This document shows positions 62,460 to 64,000 of a stretch of 64,000 bases of DNA, piece by piece. The DNA is from Actinomycetes bacterium (lineage in GTDB: Bacteria; Auribacterota; JAJCYG01), in NCBI GenBank assembly GCA_029263055.1, contig JAJCYG010000036.1:6708-70707 (forward strand), read 5' to 3'. Position numbers and translations under genes: made by a program. The notes under the pieces were generated by a model that had not been told where the DNA came from, searched no databases, and was given only the letters and a program-made list of their open reading frames with translations. Position 1 is the first letter of the stretch. Every line of letters begins with the position of its first letter.

Positions 62460-64000
62460 TGAAAAATGAAACAGTAGAGATTAATACAAAAGGGGTTTTG
62501 TGGCATACCACAGAAGAGTATCGTTTTTTAATCGATGCTCTAGATGGAACCTTGGCTCAAGTTGAGAAAAAAGATGTGGTGAAGAGTTCTTCTATTCGTC
62601 GTGTGGTTACAGTTAAGATCCCTCGAGAAAACGACGAATTTGAAATTTTTGTCAAACACCATCGTCTGCCTTGGAAAGAGGCGCTAAAAGATTTGCTCCA
62701 TATATCAAAGGCTAGGAATGAGTGGAAGTTTACGCATCAAATATCAGACCTTCAAATTAAGACTGTTGTCCCTCTAGCGATGGGTGAAAAGAGAAAATAT
62801 GGTCTTTTGCGTGAAAGTTATTTTATTTCAAAACGTATTCCTAAATGTGAGACTTTGCATGAATTTGTGATGAAGGAATCTGAAAAAAAACATGATTTAT
62901 CTTTTATAAAATGGAAAAGAAAACTGATCAAAGATTTGGCTATAATGCTTTCTGATATCCATAAAAAAGGAATTGAGCACAGAGATTTGCATGCAGGTAA
63001 TATCTTAATTGAATGGATAAATGATAAAGAATATAAATTAAGACTTTTAGATTTAGATCGAGCCCATATTTATCCGAAGCTTTCATTTAAAAAGAGAATG
63101 GTTGAGCTGACTCTTTTTAATATGTTTTTTACGCTATTTATTAGTCGAACAGATCGTCTTCGGTTTTTTAAAGAGTACTATCGACAGGATCCAAATCCTT
63201 GGCGTGGGTATCAAAGAGGGGCTCGTCAAGTTGAGGCAAAAACATTTAAAATGGTAAACAAGCTTTACCGCCGACGAGATAGAATGTGCCTTCGTCGAAA
63301 TAAGTATTTTTCTCGATTTTTAGTTGGGTCTATTTCAGGTTATTGCCGAAAAGAACCTGCTCAAACAGCGTTACTCGATCTTTTGAAACACCCTGAAGAT
63401 CTTTTAGACCCTATTCATTCAGAGCCGATTAAAAAGGCGAGTGAGAAATCAGTTCGTAAGTATCCACTTAAATTAAAAGATAAAACTTTGGATGTGGTCA
63501 TTAAGAGTTATCAAACAGCAGATCGGTTTGGTCGATTTAAAGATCTTTTTAGAAATTCTCGAGCCAAGCGAAGTTGGATTGCCGCCAATGCGCTTTATCA
63601 AAGAAAAATTCCAACTTCTTTTCCGCTTGCTTGTTTTACAGAAAACCGGTGGAGCTTTTCTAAAAAAAGTTATTTTATTTCAGAGTTTATCCCAACAGCA
63701 TCGGTTTTAGTTCTTTATTTCAATAACCGATTTAAAGGACCTTTAAGTAAAGAAGAGCGCTTTATCAAAAAAAGACTTTTAACTCAATTTGCGCGCTTTG
63801 TGCGCCACATTCATGAACTGTGGATCTATCATGGAGATTTAAAAGCGAGCAATATCCTAATTGAAGAAACATCACCGGGAGAGTTTCAATTCTATCTCAT
63901 TGATTTAGATCATGTAAAAATCTGCTGCACCATTAATCGTTTTCAACGCTATCGTAATTTAATGCAGGTCAATAAGTCCTTTTTAGACCGCTCAGCCCTT
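62459..64000 (+). CDS. Tandem Kdo/WaaP-family LPS kinase protein, partial (more than 513 aa; runs off window end)
   Basis: Absent from the track because it has no stop. ATG at 62459 overlaps the upstream stop (TGATG). The frame stays open to 64000. Domain 1 has IEHRDLHAGNILIEW...LRLLDLDRAHI. Domain 2 has IYHGDLKASNILIEE...FYLIDLDHVKI. Confidence 0.65.
   Translation, partial: MKNETVEINTKGVLWHTTEEYRFLIDALDGTLAQVEKKDVVKSSSIRRVVTVKIPRENDEFEIFVKHHRLPWKEALKDLLHISKARNEWKFTHQISDLQIKTVVPLAMGEKRKYGLLRESYFISKRIPKCETLHEFVMKESEKKHDLSFIKWKRKLIKDLAIMLSDIHKKGIEHRDLHAGNILIEWINDKEYKLRLLDLDRAHIYPKLSFKKRMVELTLFNMFFTLFISRTDRLRFFKEYYRQDPNPWRGYQRGARQVEAKTFKMVNKLYRRRDRMCLRRNKYFSRFLVGSISGYCRKEPAQTALLDLLKHPEDLLDPIHSEPIKKASEKSVRKYPLKLKDKTLDVVIKSYQTADRFGRFKDLFRNSRAKRSWIAANALYQRKIPTSFPLACFTENRWSFSKKSYFISEFIPTASVLVLYFNNRFKGPLSKEERFIKKRLLTQFARFVRHIHELWIYHGDLKASNILIEETSPGEFQFYLIDLDHVKICCTINRFQRYRNLMQVNKSFLDRSAL

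Noticed and set aside
1-64000. Looked for tRNA/rRNA genes, CRISPR arrays, IS elements, integrases and phage genes
   Set aside because: No cloverleaf-compatible segments with a conserved GTTC/TPsiC arm were seen in intergenic regions. There are no direct-repeat/spacer arrays. No transposase- or integrase-like ORFs were found. The window appears to be stable chromosome, not a mobile island. The BrnTA pair is the only mobile-type module.

Overview
Low-GC (about 38-40%), gene-dense chromosomal segment of a diderm (Gram-negative) bacterium; the lineage cannot be assigned from sequence alone. I can support about 64 protein-coding genes. I found no rRNA, tRNA, CRISPR array, transposase or integrase. 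Many genes are translationally coupled, with ATGA/TAATG overlaps.

Main content, left to right:
(1) Five coupled minus-strand genes: a U32 peptidase (truncated at the window edge), an MqnA/MqnD-like protein, a small adenylate-forming enzyme, an MMPL exporter, and an acyl/thioester reductase fused to an SCP2 lipid-carrier domain. This is the most likely candidate for an undescribed aromatic- or quinone-lipid pathway.
(2) A PmrAB-like two-component system, an ArnT-like glycosyltransferase, a membrane protein, a purple acid phosphatase and a small CXXCH protein in one co-directional string.
(3) A PilZ-methyltransferase fusion next to an HK-REC-HK double kinase.
(4) Transporters (APC with cytoplasmic domain, RCK-gated K+ channel, MFS), secreted MsrB and dcd.
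(5) An Rrf2-regulated sufBCDSU operon.
(6) A BrnT/BrnA toxin-antitoxin pair with an apparently leaderless promoter.
(7) Two secreted beta-propeller/repeat proteins with PEP-CTERM sorting signals whose 3' ends are identical for 66 nt. No exosortase is present in the window.
(8) Citrate synthase, an SGNH hydrolase, and an osmoprotectant ABC transporter with a fused SBP-permease.
(9) A lipoprotein cyclophilin, EVE, ArsC-family and rhodanese genes.
(10) An egtB-egtD ergothioneine pair.
(11) A roughly 15-kb LPS/LOS core cluster with three GT2, two GT9 and two GT4 glycosyltransferases, an ArnC-like and a Dpm1-like polyprenyl-phosphate glycosyltransferase, an O-antigen ligase and four Kdo/WaaP-family kinase domains. 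These include a KdkA::LpxL-like fusion and a tandem-kinase protein.

Non-coding signals: a dispersed palindromic repeat (GTCATCCTGAGCGAAGCGAAGGATC, three arms, one of which extends a CDS); two mutually inverted 39-bp hairpin elements flanking a tiny membrane-protein gene; a perfect 20-bp palindrome; and several sigma70-like promoters.
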